This document shows, in pieces, positions 49,020-62,646 of a DNA stretch of 64,000 nt. The notes beneath the pieces are model-generated. The model worked only from the letters and a program-made list of their open reading frames with translations, made no database searches and had not been told where the DNA came from. Origin of the DNA: Haliotis cracherodii (lineage: Eukaryota); NCBI RefSeq assembly GCF_022045235.1, contig NW_027266297.1:29884001-29948000 (forward strand), written 5' to 3'. The position numbers were made by a program, and so were the translations under genes. Positions within the stretch are counted from its first letter, which is position 1, and each line of letters starts with the position of its first letter.

Positions 49020-49291
49020 AAGATTATTCCACTTATAGAGCTATGTGCATGCATATATATGTGTGTGTTTGGCTGTTTGTACTAGCCCATACTTATACTG
49101 GTTTTACAGTGCTAGCCCATTGAGATACCATGCTGCAGTTTAACATAGATACCCGACTCAGACACAGTATGCTGACTCTGACCCCATAAGTCCATGTTTT
49201 ATCCCCTTTCTCCCAAGCCCAGGCAGGGTAACAACAAGTTCCATCTTTCAAATCCACAACCTTCTGTTCTTTGGGCAGACACTCTATCACC
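49020..49291 (-). mobile_element. Family D SINE, diverged with internal deletion
   Basis: gtgctagcccattgagataccatgctgcagtttaacat...ctcagacacagtat...gggtaacaacaag matches 27040-27185. Confidence 0.88.
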
Positions 49292-51120
49292 TATTCAGTT
49301 AGACCATAGAGGCTACAGATAATAAAGAATATGTAGATGATATATGGGTGATGATGATGATGATGATGATGATGATAAAATTCATAACATAAATAAATGT
49401 AAAAAATTTATTCAAATGCTCATGCTTTTGAAATAGAGCCTATGATTACTGTGTTCATGATAAAACATGGTTTTACCTATTGCCAGAGATACTCCAAATA
49501 GGGCGTGAGAAAGGTCATAGTAGATGTACATTTCAAATGTAATAGATAAGGTTGTTTATAGACAAGGTAGGTAACCCAGTGGAGGCATCCAAGCAGCTGT
49601 GACCTCTTGCTATATATAGAGCTGATGACAAATTGCAGTCCTTGAAACACACATGTAGACATGTAGACATGTAGACATGAATTTTATTTCACTAAGGAAT
49701 ATGAATATTAATGATGAAATCGTGCAGTGTATTTTATTTTTATTGTAGTGGGATTCTTTTTGAAATTTGAATTAAATTTTGAAAGTTATTTTTCATAAAA
49801 AGGATTTTGTCAAGCTGTAACAAATAAGGCCTATTTTGTATCAAAATTGTTTTTATGTAGGCCACTGTGTTTCAGCTGTAATATAGCTGTCATGCATTCT
49901 CCATTTAATTCCGATAATGTATGCTGTGTTATTTGCTATAGTTTATACAATATACAACATCAAATGCATGCTTATACAATATCTCTGCAAAATAATAATA
50001 CTTACTCTTTGCAATATGTGTAATATGATAAACTGCATTGAAACAGCTAATGTTGTTCTCATGATATCAAAGAATAAAACATGCATTTTGGGGTGTTTTT
50101 TTTATAAACAATATTAATTGCTTTTGATGTTTGAAAACACTCTCTTGTGAAAGAAATTAAAATGTCACATTAAACCAGTGAATGGATGTTAGATGTTAGT
50201 TGACCTTGGCCCCTTGTCTTAATCTAGCACACATTCATGTTTGCTGAGAGAGAAGAGTACACAAGGGGAGATCACTCTTGTTTGATTGGCCAACTTACAA
50301 AATATTTAGACATCGACAAAATCAATGAATGACCCTTGTTCCTTGCAACTGTGGGACAGTTTCATTGGTTTACTTCAGGTTCAAGCCTTAGGAAATGTAA
50401 CTGATTTCATTCAATGAAACTGAAGGGCTAGTATGAAAGGGACCGACCATTTGATATTTGAGGGGGGAGGGAGGCTTGGGATTTTGTAAGAAGACCAGAT
50501 ATTTAAGACAAGATGTGCATTTTCTGGCACAATAGATTTTTTTTGGGGGGGGGGAATAAAATTCGAGCATATATATTGTTATTTGTAGTACAATATGATA
50601 TATACATTGTTTTTGTCCTTTGTATTTTAGGGATTCCCCAACATTAAGAATGATTGATTCCCATACATCTAATGTTTATCTTGAGAATTTGTTTAGTTTC
50701 AAACTGTCCATGATGGTGCAGGGTTGTTAAAAAATAGATCAGTTTGTTTTCTATAATTTTGAGTTATTGCAGATAAACTGTATGTCACATTGTGAGGAAC
50801 TAAGAGCATGGTTATTTCATGTTTATGATTAATGGTTGTAAAAATTCTCCAATTATTTTGAAAATATCAACATTAATGATAATCAAAAATAAGGGGGTAT
50901 GTTCTATTCACCTCTCCCTCTGTGATGATCAAATGTCTGAATGCTATTCACCTCTTCCTCTATGCTGATCAAATGTCTGAGCACTGATAACTATATCACC
51001 TCTTACTGTATGTCGACCCAAATAAGCAATATATCACCTCTTCCTCTAAACTATCCCGACTGAGCAGGGTGCAACCTCTTCCTCTATCTTCCTACACAAC
51101 TATCCCTTATTTTCTCCCTC

Positions 51121-51302
51121 TGTGGCCCAGTTGATGAAGGCACTGCAATTCACTGTGCAGAGTTGCATCCCTTGGCAACACCAGAAACCTGTGACAATGG
51201 GTTTGAATCCCTGTTCACCCCAATTATGTTTCTAGGTATGTGAGCACCACACCAGTGCTCGTGAGTTTCACCAGTGTGGTAAATGTCTGAGAGCTGCATC
51301 AC
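51121..51302 (+). mobile_element. Family B SINE, 5' part, diverged
   Basis: gtggcccagttg...aattcactgtgcagagttgc...ccagaaacct...attatgtttctagg...ctcgtgagtttcacc. Confidence 0.88.
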
Positions 51303-51574
51303 CAGGCCTTATCACAATCACATGACCGTCACATGACAGGAGAGTACCATCTATTATCTGTCAAGTAAAGAAATGAACAGGGAATCTTCTCAGACCTGTC
51401 ATGGCACTTACTGGCATGGATTACAGAAATGATTTGTTCTTTATTCTTTATGAGCCATATTGATTTCCTTTCTTAAAATATCAGACAGACAGATTGAAAT
51501 AATCTTTTTGTTCCCATTTGTTAATCTTTTTTTACTTCAACTACATTTGCAATATACATCAGTTTGATTACATC

Positions 51575-52806
51575 TGTCAATAAATTATAGTCTGTACCGT
51601 TAAGATGAAATTGTACTGTTAAGATGAAACTTGTACCGTTAAGATGAAACTTCAATTATAGTCTGTACCAGTAAGATGAAACTTGTACCAGTAAGATGAA
51701 ACCTTAATCAAAGTCTGTACCGGTAAGATGAAACTTGTACCGTTAAGATGAAACTTCAATTAAAGCCTGTATGGTTAGGATGAAACTTGTACCGTTAAGA
51801 TGAAACTTCAATTATAGTCTGTACGGTTAGGATGAAACTTGTACCGTTAAGATGAAACTTCAGGTATAGTCTGTACTGTTAAGATGAAACTTCAATTATA
51901 GCCTGTACCATTAGGATGAAACTTGTACTGTTAAGATGAAACTTCAGGTATAGTCTGTACTGTTAAGATGAAACTTCAATTATAGCCTGTACCATTAGGA
52001 TGAAACTTGTACTGTTAAGATGAAACTTCAATTATAGTATGTACCGTTAGGATGAAACTTGTACCGTTAAGATGAAACTTTAATTATAGTCTGTACCGGT
52101 AAGATGAAACTTGTACCGTTAAGATAAAACTTCAATTATAGTCTGTACCAATAGGATGAAACTTGTACTGTTAAGATGAAACTTCAGGTATAGTTTGTAC
52201 TGTTAAGATGAAACTTCAATTATAGCCTGTACCATTAGGATGAAACTTGTACTGTTAAGATGAAACTTCAATTATAGTCTGTACCAATAGGATGAAACTT
52301 GTACTGTTAAGATGAAACTTCAGGTATAATCTGTACTGTTAAGATGAAACTTCAATTATAGTCTGTACGGTTAGGATGAAACTTGTACTGTTAAGATGAA
52401 ACTTCAATTATAGTCTGTACCATTAGGATGAAACTTGTACCGTTAAGATGAAACTTCAGGTATAGTCTGTACTGTTAAGATGAAACTTCAATTATAGTCT
52501 GTACCGTTAGGATGAAACTTGTACCGTTAAGATGAAACTTTATTTATAGTCTGTACCGGTAAGATGAAACTTGTACCGTTAAGATAAAACTTAAATTATA
52601 GTCTGTACCAATAGGATGAAACTTGTACTGTTAAGATGAAACTTCAGGTATAGTCTGTACTGTTAAGATGAAACTTCAATTATAGCCTGTACCATTAGGA
52701 TGAAACTTGTACTGTTAAGATGAAACTTCAATTATAGTCTGTAGCGGTAAGATGAAACTTGTACCGTTAAGATGAAACTTCAGGTATAGTCTGTACCTTT
52801 AGGATG
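51575..52806. repeat. Minisatellite of 20-bp and 32-bp variants forming 52- and 84-bp higher-order units
   Basis: tgtacYgttaagatgaaact with or without tcaattatagtc / tcaggtatagtc. Confidence 0.95.
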
Positions 52807-52871
52807 ATGATGTGTACCTACCTTCTAGTGTAAACATCGTGAATACATGTTGTACAGACATGCAACAATGA

Positions 52872-53049
52872 GTGAGTGAGTGAGTGAGTGAGTGAGTGAG
52901 TGACTTAGCACCGCTTTTAGCAATATTCCAGCAATATTATGGTGGGGGCCACCAGAAATGGGCTTCACACAATGTACCCATTGGGGAAATCGAACATCGG
53001 CCTTCGTGACGAATGAACGCTTTCACCACGAGGCTACCCCAGGGCCTAA
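52872..53049 (-). mobile_element. Family A SINE, diverged
   Basis: TSD CAACAATGA (52863-52871, 53050-53058); (gagt)n. Confidence 0.9.
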
Positions 53050-53263
53050 CAACAATGAATAGATCTTCCAATTATTTATTTTTGTTTGTTTATGAGTAGA
53101 TTAGTTCTTGTTTCAACTATACAAATGATATGAACATGAATAGAAGTGTAGCCTATGTTTGACATTGACAACCACAATGTGGTTCATTATTATTATCAGT
53201 TTTAAATTGTATAATCCAAATGACAATTTATTTTTAAATCTGGAATTTCATTGAAATAAATGG

Positions 53264-53420
53264 AAACCCTTTCCATACTCATAGGAATTATGTGTTATAA
53301 GCAAAGTCCATTGTATGATTCTGACTACATCATAAGCTTGTGTTTATTAATCCCTATCAAATAATGGTGACACCAGGTGTTGCCAAAAAGTTGAATGCAT
53401 CCTGCTTCATCCGAGACCTC
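53264..53420. repeat. Dispersed repeat family G
   Basis: Collinear with 41572-41735. Confidence 0.75.
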
Positions 53421-55187
53421 ATCATGAACAAATCTTATTTATTTTTTCCAATTAGCATGGATTTGGTTATAGGTTAGGAAGCAATGAAAAATGAATATTT
53501 CATTGAGTCACAAAGAGCTTATTGTAACAAATTAAAATTGAAATTAAAACTTCAAAATCACCATGAAACTATAATTGATTTTTTTCTTTGCCCAGTGTCT
53601 AAATGTTTCACAAAATGGAGTCCAGATTCTTCAATAATACATGGCTGGGGCCGTCATGATTCTTGGTAAAATCATGTGCCACCTCACTGCATGGCTTATT
53701 GATCATCCCAAGGAAGCCATCAATGGCCATGTTGGATTTTTTCTGCCGAGCTTTTTCTGTCGAATGTTTCTGTGCGCTGATTCGTAATTAAATCCATTAT
53801 TAAGAGGAGAATGATGATATGAATGATATAGGATCAATGTACAAGTAATGCATGTTTTTACATGGTTTTATGTGCGAAGCGTTGTTGATTTCAGAGTTGG
53901 GTTAGTAGATCATACAGCTTTCTATGTACATTTCACTTGGGGTATCATCAATTACATAATGATCTTGTCTTTGTGTTGTCAATATGAGATAATCACATCT
54001 GTTGGTTATTATGTACATTTCAGTATGTACATGATCAATTTTGGGAAATCAAATGAGACAATCGCCTATATTTGTTAAGACGTACTATTCCGAATGTGTA
54101 TGATAAATTTTAGAAGAATATATGTAATTAACATGTGTATATACTTGTACATATCTCTTCATGGTAGGGTCAATTTCAATATTTACTACATGGATCTGGA
54201 ATGTACTGATAGATTTAGGATGTACATTTCTTGAAAAGGGTTTTGATACTGGAAGGATATCTTTATTTTAATTCAGGTATTTATTTTTGGACTGATTATA
54301 TATTTAATATGATAAAATATTAGACCTATATTGAAGAAGACGATAAACAACTGTTTTCACTTCATTTATATTGACATCTAATTTTCTTAATAGAAAATAT
54401 CCCCTTGCAGGAATGTTGAACCATTTTTTAAAAACTACCTCGCTGTCCATTTTATACCGTATATACATAGAACAAAATATGTACTATTATAGATCAATTT
54501 TGTAAGATGAAAGCATTGTTTTTAGTGCATTCTATTTAACATCTGGTGTCAACATTTCTGTGTCATGAAATTTCGACATGACCTCCTCCATTGCTAGCAA
54601 ACCTCATCAAGATCTAAAATGCTGCATGACTCACAACTAATAATAGTGGATATCCATTCCATCAAATTAGAATGCTAATACAGTCAATCTGTAATACTCA
54701 TGTGGTAATCTGTAGGCAAGTGTGCTTTCTATAGGTGCAATTGTTAATGCTACTATTTGTCAGTTTTTGAATATCTTTCCTTATGGAATAAACATGCAAA
54801 TTGCATGGACGCTCATGATGTCATTCTAAATAAGGGTTTGTCGATAAGACCATGCAGAGAGTATGCGAGCTAGAAATCTGTCAATTCGTAATTAGCTTGT
54901 AACATGTCAAAAGACGAGGGAACGTCAATAGCTTGTAGATGCATCAGCTGGGGTCGTTTATTGCAAAGAGGGAATGAGATAGAACGACATTGCAGGATAG
55001 CACAATTTGACATTTTGAAATTATTTTCTGTCTGTGTGTACGTCTATTTATGGTCTATTTACTGTGTTATTTTACATTAACTCTGGTCTGAAAGAATGCT
55101 GGAGATAGGGAATAATATCTGTGATTAAGGAGTAGTGGTATAATGATTATGGAAGTGATGATAATGAGGTCACTTTTGAGGTGGAGG

Positions 55188-55242
55188 GATGATGATGATG
55201 ATGACTAGGACGATGACGATGATAATGATTATTATGACATCA

Positions 55243-55286
<44 letters not shown>

Positions 55287-55287
55287 C
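55188..55287. repeat. (GAT)n microsatellite
   Basis: Seen directly. Confidence 0.95.
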
Positions 55288-58200
55288 ATAAATGAGTATA
55301 ATAAGGAATGATGAAGTTATGATGTTGACAATAATAATTGATATGTTGGTAGTGGTGGAGAATAATAGTTGATTATCATGATGGAGATTATTTGGCAAAG
55401 CGTTGGATGGTCTTATGGTGGTCAACAAAGGATTGAAGTTACAGTGGTAGTTGATTATAATCACATACTCCATTCCCCCTTCATCAAATATATGTACATT
55501 TCCACCTGACTATGTACATTTCATAATGGACATGGATGTAGCTTTAGGTGTCCATCAATATGTCATCAACACCTTTACGACATTGTTATTCCTGGCCATC
55601 ATCTGTTTCATTACCTGATGCTGGGGTTATGAGGAGGCTATAGTTTCATGGCATTATTATGGTAACATGTCGCTGTATGTTGTGATAACCTTGTCAGTTT
55701 AATGGTCGTCTTTGGAATTGTCAAGCCGTGGCCATAATGTATAAGATGTTGTCCACATATATCAAAATTATGTAATATATGTTAATTATATTAAAAATAT
55801 TATTAAGTTCAGCAGAATTTTAAGCAAAGAAATGTGCAAGATGATATTCATAAGTATAAAGCGTTAATTAAATGCTTCAAAGGTTTGTGAATGTAACAGA
55901 AATGAAATTGACTTGCCAGTGATGAAGAAGGGGATGTTCGCAGGGGGAAGGGCTGATGGGGAGGGGGTGAATGCACCAGCCTGGGAGGTGAGATCGCTGT
56001 TGGGGGCGGGGTATTGTATATCTATGTCAAATGACTTACAGCTGGTCCTGTTTACGTGAGAGCCTCTGATGACTTGTGAAGAGACTTGAGAAGTTAGGAA
56101 TCTCTCAAGCACCCCCCACCCCCCTAAATCAAACACCTCTCCCCCATTGAACACCCCTATCCCATTTAAATACCCTCCCCCTGCCACAAGCCCTTCCTAA
56201 ATCACTGCCCCCTTCAACACAGGTTTGCAGTTTGCAACACCAAGCTCAGCTCTTCCAACATTTCAGTATGTGAAATATGCTATCAAAATTATACTTTTAT
56301 ACTCAAGTTTGTTTAAGATACCATGCATTTTCCAACATACACTATGCATTGCATGCATATATCAATTATTTCATAAGTTATTATAGACAGGTCAATCTGT
56401 AGGCATTTCTTTTAATTTTAGATACATGGAAAATGGTTTAATTTACTTTTTTAATAATCAAAACCTCATATAAATACCATTCATTCAAGATCAACCTGAA
56501 TATTGTGTTATGATATCACATGGTTTGGATAAACTCTTAATAAGATAATAATCAGTTTTAAAGAAAGTATTACAAAAATTGCATAAGCTTGAAAACACTA
56601 ATGAGTTTGTGTGTAACCATGTATTTTTTGTCTATTAAGGTAAATGCAGCAGAGAATCGTATATTCAAGAGCACTTGGTACAGTTGCAAGTTTTTTTCCC
56701 AGACTTCAGGATCTAACACCTGACAAGAACTTGCTGACCAATGTGTTAAACCCATGTCCACTTTTGAAGTTCAAAGGTTAGGTTATGAACTGGACCTTGT
56801 CCAAACTTTGCAACAACATGAAGCCACTATCAAATACACAATGTCTACAAAACTTCGTGCGTGCTACCCTCCACAAGTCTAAGTCCATGCAAACAAATTT
56901 GTAATGCTTTTCATTAACAGACCGAACTGTTTCCAGGGCTCTTCTCTGTCGCTTCATTCACAAGTCCTGCTCGTCCCTGATTGGTCAGTTGTGTGTCACA
57001 TGTACCTATTTACCCTCCCCCTAACCCCTGACCCCCACCCCCAGCCAGATGGTCCTCTGTGTCTGAAGAAGACCCAAGTGCGAGTACAGATGCTGCTTGA
57101 AAACTATCTTCACAGGATGTCAAGATCAAAGAAATATGACACTGACGTCCTTTGCTAGTTGTTCATTACAGGAATGGTGCAATGTATGTCTGCTATAGAC
57201 GCCTTGCTTTCATTTCCGTCCCATGTCTGACACATACTCCTCCGATTTCCCTGTCGTCTGTCCAAGGAACAGATAACGGATAACAGATAACTCTGTAGGG
57301 TGTTTGTCGACTTTACCATTCCGTCTCTTGGCGCTTTGATAACCAGTTTCAGACATCTGTAATCGCAGCAGTAGGAAATGGCTGCCCTTAAACATAATCT
57401 TAAAAGTCAGCATGTTTATGTTTTAAGTTTTTAATTAAGTTAACATTTTGAAACTATTTCAGAAATTTTCAAATTCCTCTCAAGTTTTAATTATCAGCAC
57501 AAGACATCCAGGAAGTTCTCCAGAGAAAGAACCTGGTCTTGATAAGCTAAAAAACAAACAGATAACTCTGAAATATTTCATTGTTTCTTTATTATCCTAA
57601 ACATTTTGAGATGAATAATTTTAGATGCTTCTTTGTGATGATTTGTAGAGCAGTATTATAGGAATTATAAAAATCCTAAACAAGGGAGTTAGAAATATTC
57701 TCAATATTCAAATACATGTACTTGCGAAACCATCAGCAATCTAGTGTTAATGATATTTGCAATGATGCCAATTTTCCTGTGGGCAAATACCACAGATGTT
57801 ATCGGTTATTTTGCTATTGACATGAAAAATTAACTTATTTATGTCAGTGCTAAGCCGGGGGGGGCTTCTTTCTTGTTGTCATGGGTTATTATTAGTCAAG
57901 GGTTTATATAACCTTATTATATTTTATGTGCTGCAACAGGGATGCCCATTTGTAGTTCATTGATTTACATACATAGATGATAAACATGATTTATGTCATT
58001 CCGTCTTATGAAGATGGTACCTTTTTTAAAAGTAAATTTTGAAGATGTCATAAAAACACATTTATAATTTGGGTGCGAAACTACACCAGAGCAACCAGGC
58101 AAGGATTTTGCTATACTTGAGATAAGGGTAGAATTTTTTAGCACTGAAGTTCAGGTGATTTTTGTATAAATGTAATCAGCACTAGCCAGATAGTCAGATA

Positions 58201-59077
58201 TAATTGAGCACCTCTGGTAAAATTTCAATTTTGAAATAAATCTTATTTCTAAATGATACAACTGATGTTACAACTTATTCCAAATATGTGGTAGTAATTG
58301 ATACGTGTAGCCTGAAATTTACATACATTTTTTACATGTTACCCCGAGGAAGGATTTAATGTACATTTTTTTCTTTAATGGATGAATGATGTTTTAAGAT
58401 TGATGAGAAAAAGTTTGGTTGAATTTATGGGTCATCAAATAGACATTTTCATAAATCTTCATTGGTATGATTGATATGAGAAGGCAACATGATTAGTAAA
58501 CGTGTTACATCGGGAATGTATTCCGACTTGTGACTAATCTAAAATACTCAGGTAGATTACCTGTTATTCTGACATGTTAATTTATATGATTTAGGTTGTG
58601 AAATCTTTTGGAAGAAATATTGATATAATATTTTCAGTAAGGGGAATATTAAAATAATATATCAATAGGAGAGGAACAGTTGTGACAGTCATCATACTTT
58701 GAACAGACAACTTTATGAGATAATGAAATTTAACTGTATATGTTTTTCCTGTATAATGCAATCCAGATAACTCTACATCTATAGAAGAAAAAGAAGAAGA
58801 AAAATATTGTATGTGTTTATTTCCTTCTCGGAACATATAGCATATAGTTATGACATTATTATGTATAAAACAAAATCAAATAGAAAATGGCTTATAAATG
58901 TACTATTGAGCTATTTCTTCATTCTATTGCTACTATTTCTACAGATAAGATAAGATAAGATAAGATAAGATTTATTTATATATTTATTACGGAACAGATG
59001 CAATATTTAAAAGACAAAACATTTTGATTCATACATACATGTATCCGTCCTTCCATCCATCCATCAGTATGTACATG

Positions 59078-59168
59078 CCTACCTACCTACCTACCTACCT
59101 ACCTACCTACCTACCTACCTACCTACCTACCTACCTACCTACCTACCTACCTACCTACCTACCTACCT
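59078..59168. repeat. (CCTA)n microsatellite; short (GATAA)n at ~58943-58972
   Basis: Seen directly. Confidence 0.95.
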
Positions 59169-61831
59169 AGAATCATTTAAGACATCCACATATAACAAAT
59201 AAAAAATCGGCAGTTCTCAGAAGATAACCAAGTAGGATACCATACTTGACAAATGCAGACTTATCATGATCATAACTGACATCTGATCATCAGCTGTCAC
59301 TGACCGCTGTTGTCCATAGCGCACTGGCCAGCATCCCTCTGGTGGTACATTAGCACCATCAGGAAGAGCAGAAACAGGGTGCTTATCACGTCAGTCTGAA
59401 GCTAAAACTATTGATGCATCTGGCTTCTGTAATGGCTTTTTATTCAAACAGTGGCCTATAAAATGCTATCCTGATAGCAAAGCTTTTGCCGAAGATAATT
59501 GCAATTAGCATGATTAGAGAAGTGGCACAGGCCCAGATCAATACAACTGAAGAAACAAATGCATAAATGTATGAACTGCTCCTTGACACTGACACCTCGC
59601 TTATAGCGCAATAGATGCAAACATACACTCGTCAATTTCAGTCTGAAATGTACAAGTGAAATGAACATGTAAAATTTATGAATGTATGGAATGTGTTTGA
59701 ATTCAATCTGATTAAAATTAGGGGAGGGGGTACAAGGAAGTGTATGGTCTGTTGGCTCTGCAGAGTGTCTGTGATGCTGTGGAAGGACCATATGAAGCTG
59801 ACAGGAATGAAGGTCATATGGGCATTAATAAGCTATCATCCATCATTTTGGTCCCCAGCTTGGCAGGACTGGTCCACTATATTACATTTGGTTAAAAATC
59901 TGGAATTTCGATACCCAGACTGTGGAAGGAAGTGAAGGTGACAGGCAAAACATTGGATGGTCTTAGTTGATAAATGGCTGTACCAGCCTACATCCTCAGT
60001 CTGTAGCTGCCAACGGAAAATGTCAGAGGCTGTGGTTGTAAATGTGTTGTGTTTCTGCAATGTAGAGTTGGACAGAGTCAAATACATCAGCCAGAGAGAA
60101 TGTGGCTGGACAGTTCAATGCATTTTTACCAAAAATAGATATTATAGATATGGTTTGTGTAAAATATAGAATGAAGGACTTTTAAATAGTATAAACACAA
60201 GACACCGCTTAAATATCATAGTCAAAGGATTCTGACCACTGATTTTTTATCAAGTATAAAATATATATGAACACAAAAAAATTCAACAACAAAAAAGCAA
60301 AAATATCAAATATATATAAAATGGCCATGCCAGAGAACAATTAGTCTCAATCATCTGCCGAAGCAGATTCCATTGGACATGAAAGACAGCCGTGGAAGTT
60401 ATTTGCATAGACCACTAAAAACCAGGGATAGCACCAGGTGTTCGCTAAAGGATAGGAGCACTAGAAGCTTAACATGAAACTTACATTCCTAGTTGCTGAT
60501 TTTCTTGTGTAGATTTCAAACATATTACAGCATATTTCTTAATGCTCTTAATAGATTATATATTCCCATACAGGTTTCGAAATGTCTACATGTCTGTCAG
60601 ATAGATGTTCCTGAAAATAAGGAAATGGCCAATTCAAATCAAGTCCAAAGACTCACAACAGGGAAATTACTGAATTGTCAATTCTTGGTGAATATGTGTC
60701 ACTCTACTCGAGTGTGACATCACTGTGAAAGTTGCTTTATTTTGGGATCTTTCGGAAATAGACACTTTAATTGATTCTGTCACACAGGAACTGTCAGCTG
60801 TCCATTGATCGTCACGTGTGAAATGTACATGACTTTTCTTACACAGATGTCTTTCAGATTTCAGATCTATCACTATGATCCTAATTGTTCCCAAGGACAG
60901 TTTGTAGACATTTTTCATAAGGTGTTAAAATTTTTAAATTGGAGGTATTTGGAGATGTATTTATTGCTTATTACAAAATCTGGTCAATGGATTCAAGTGT
61001 CAATCAAGAGAGGAACTGATTACTCATGGAGGATATTGTAGTCATCAATATTCGCATCAAGAATAACAATTTACAATGATTAACTCAGTGTTAAGTATAA
61101 TTCTTAGAAATATTTCCTGCTAGTTGCGTCTATGTTAAGCCATTTTCTATAATTAACCATACCCAAATATTTTCTATTTATAACAATGTACTGAACATGA
61201 ACTTTATCATAAGCAATGGTTAACTGTTTGGGACAGTATATTTCTTGTGTATTTTATATTGATTTTTCAAATTTAACAAATATGAATAAATATGAATAAT
61301 ATATAATGTAATAAAAATACAATATTTTATAGGCATGTGTCGTCAGAGTTCCCCTAAAATCAAGGACTGTTTAAGAATGGTTCAACTTTCTCATAGGTCT
61401 AAATAACAGCTGCAGAGAATAGGATTGCATCTCCTAAATGCTTCAATGATCTCACAAGATAACTTCTTCATATGAGTTTATACGCTGCACTGAACACCCC
61501 TTCACTCCTGAGAAATGTAAGGATGGTGAGGAGTGCAATGAACTTTATGTTGTTCAAACAGAAGAGAAAACTGTTCAATTCCATCTCAGGTTACACCTCC
61601 TTAGAAGTGAAGGATAATCTGTAGATTTACAAAGTAGAATTCAAAATGTACCCTGGATATTGAATCCATTGACATGAGTGAAACACATAGCAGTTTTCAC
61701 ACTGTCTCCTGTGGAGTTTCTATGCCATGTTGGCACTGTTCCACAAGGTGGTCCATGTGAGATATGATCATCTTCGCATCTTAGCACCAAGTTTGCTTCA
61801 TGCTTGCTTAAAACCAATTAACAAAGAGACT

Positions 61832-62020
61832 TAGTCTGTCATACACCCTAAAAAAATATATCCAATACAGCCCATGCAAGTCTATAATGTTGGCAAGTAT
61901 AGATTATTGCAGTATCAGTATCTGAAAATGAAAGTATCTGGGCTCCTTTAACTATGATTTAACAACTGTTTTTTTCTGTAAAATTTGTTGATTTCAGAGA
62001 CTAGATGTTAGTCTAAAGGA
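61832..62020 (+). repeat. Dispersed repeat family F
   Basis: acagcccat...tctataatgttggcaagt...tctgaaaatgaa...ctgggctcc...tttcagagactagatgttagtcta. Confidence 0.75.
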
Positions 62021-62039
62021 GACTGGATAGTTATTGTGT

Positions 62040-62165
62040 GTGACTGCACAGTTGTGTGTCATTGTACCTTGACCATGTTGTGGATGGTTGTTCATGCTAT
62101 CGACCACTGGTTTCTCTGATCAAGGCTCAGTTATAGCTATAGCTGTAATGTTTCTGACTCACTCA
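62040..62165 (+). mobile_element. Highly diverged family C 3' fragment
   Basis: tgtcattgta...tgtggat...gttcatgctatcgaccactgg...tatagctg. Confidence 0.5.
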
Positions 62166-62413
62166 GTCTCACAATGTGGTTGCTCAACAGTTGGAGAGGA
62201 CAGGAAGTGACCCACTGTGTTCCTGTTCTCGGTAACAGTAATGTGATGATGTTCCCTCCACACTTGCAAATACATGGTATACGTAATCTGGTATTTTCTA
62301 CACCATGCTTCAGATTGTATTATGTTTCATGGAAAATTGACACATCCAATACAGTCAAATAAACTGGCAAACCTTTTTTATAAGTACATTATGTAAGTAC
62401 TCCAAGTTGTATG

Positions 62414-62646
62414 GCCCCGTGAAGATCCAGGTTAGAATAGGTCTTCAGCAACCCATGATTGCCGTAAGATGGAATCAGGAGCTAAGGCTTGCTGACTTAG
62501 TTGATGCATGTCATCATATCCCAATTGCGTGGATTGATGCTCATGATGTCAATCACTGGATTGTCTAACCACACTTGATTATGAACAGACTGCCGTCATA
62601 TAGTTAAAATATTGCTGAATGGAGCATTAAACAACAAACAAACAAA
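62414..62646 (+). mobile_element. Family C retroposon, both ends intact (short deletion after the head), (AAAC)n tail
   Basis: TSD tccaagttRtatg (62401-62413, 62647-62659; 1 mismatch); starts GCCCCGTGAAGATCC. Confidence 0.92.

Noticed and set aside
23701-52806. CRISPR-like appearance of regular arrays (23701, 32271, 44300, 51575)
   Set aside because: Whole units repeat with no unique spacers; no cas genes; eukaryotic context
59330-59346. CTCF-like site (minus strand CCACCAGAGGGATGC)
   Set aside because: Single imperfect match, not distinguishable from chance without binding data
62414-62470. Assigning the family C head to HDV-like, hammerhead or twister ribozymes
   Set aside because: Strand order and conserved cores (HDV P1-first nesting, hammerhead CUGANGA/GAAA) are not present; left unassigned
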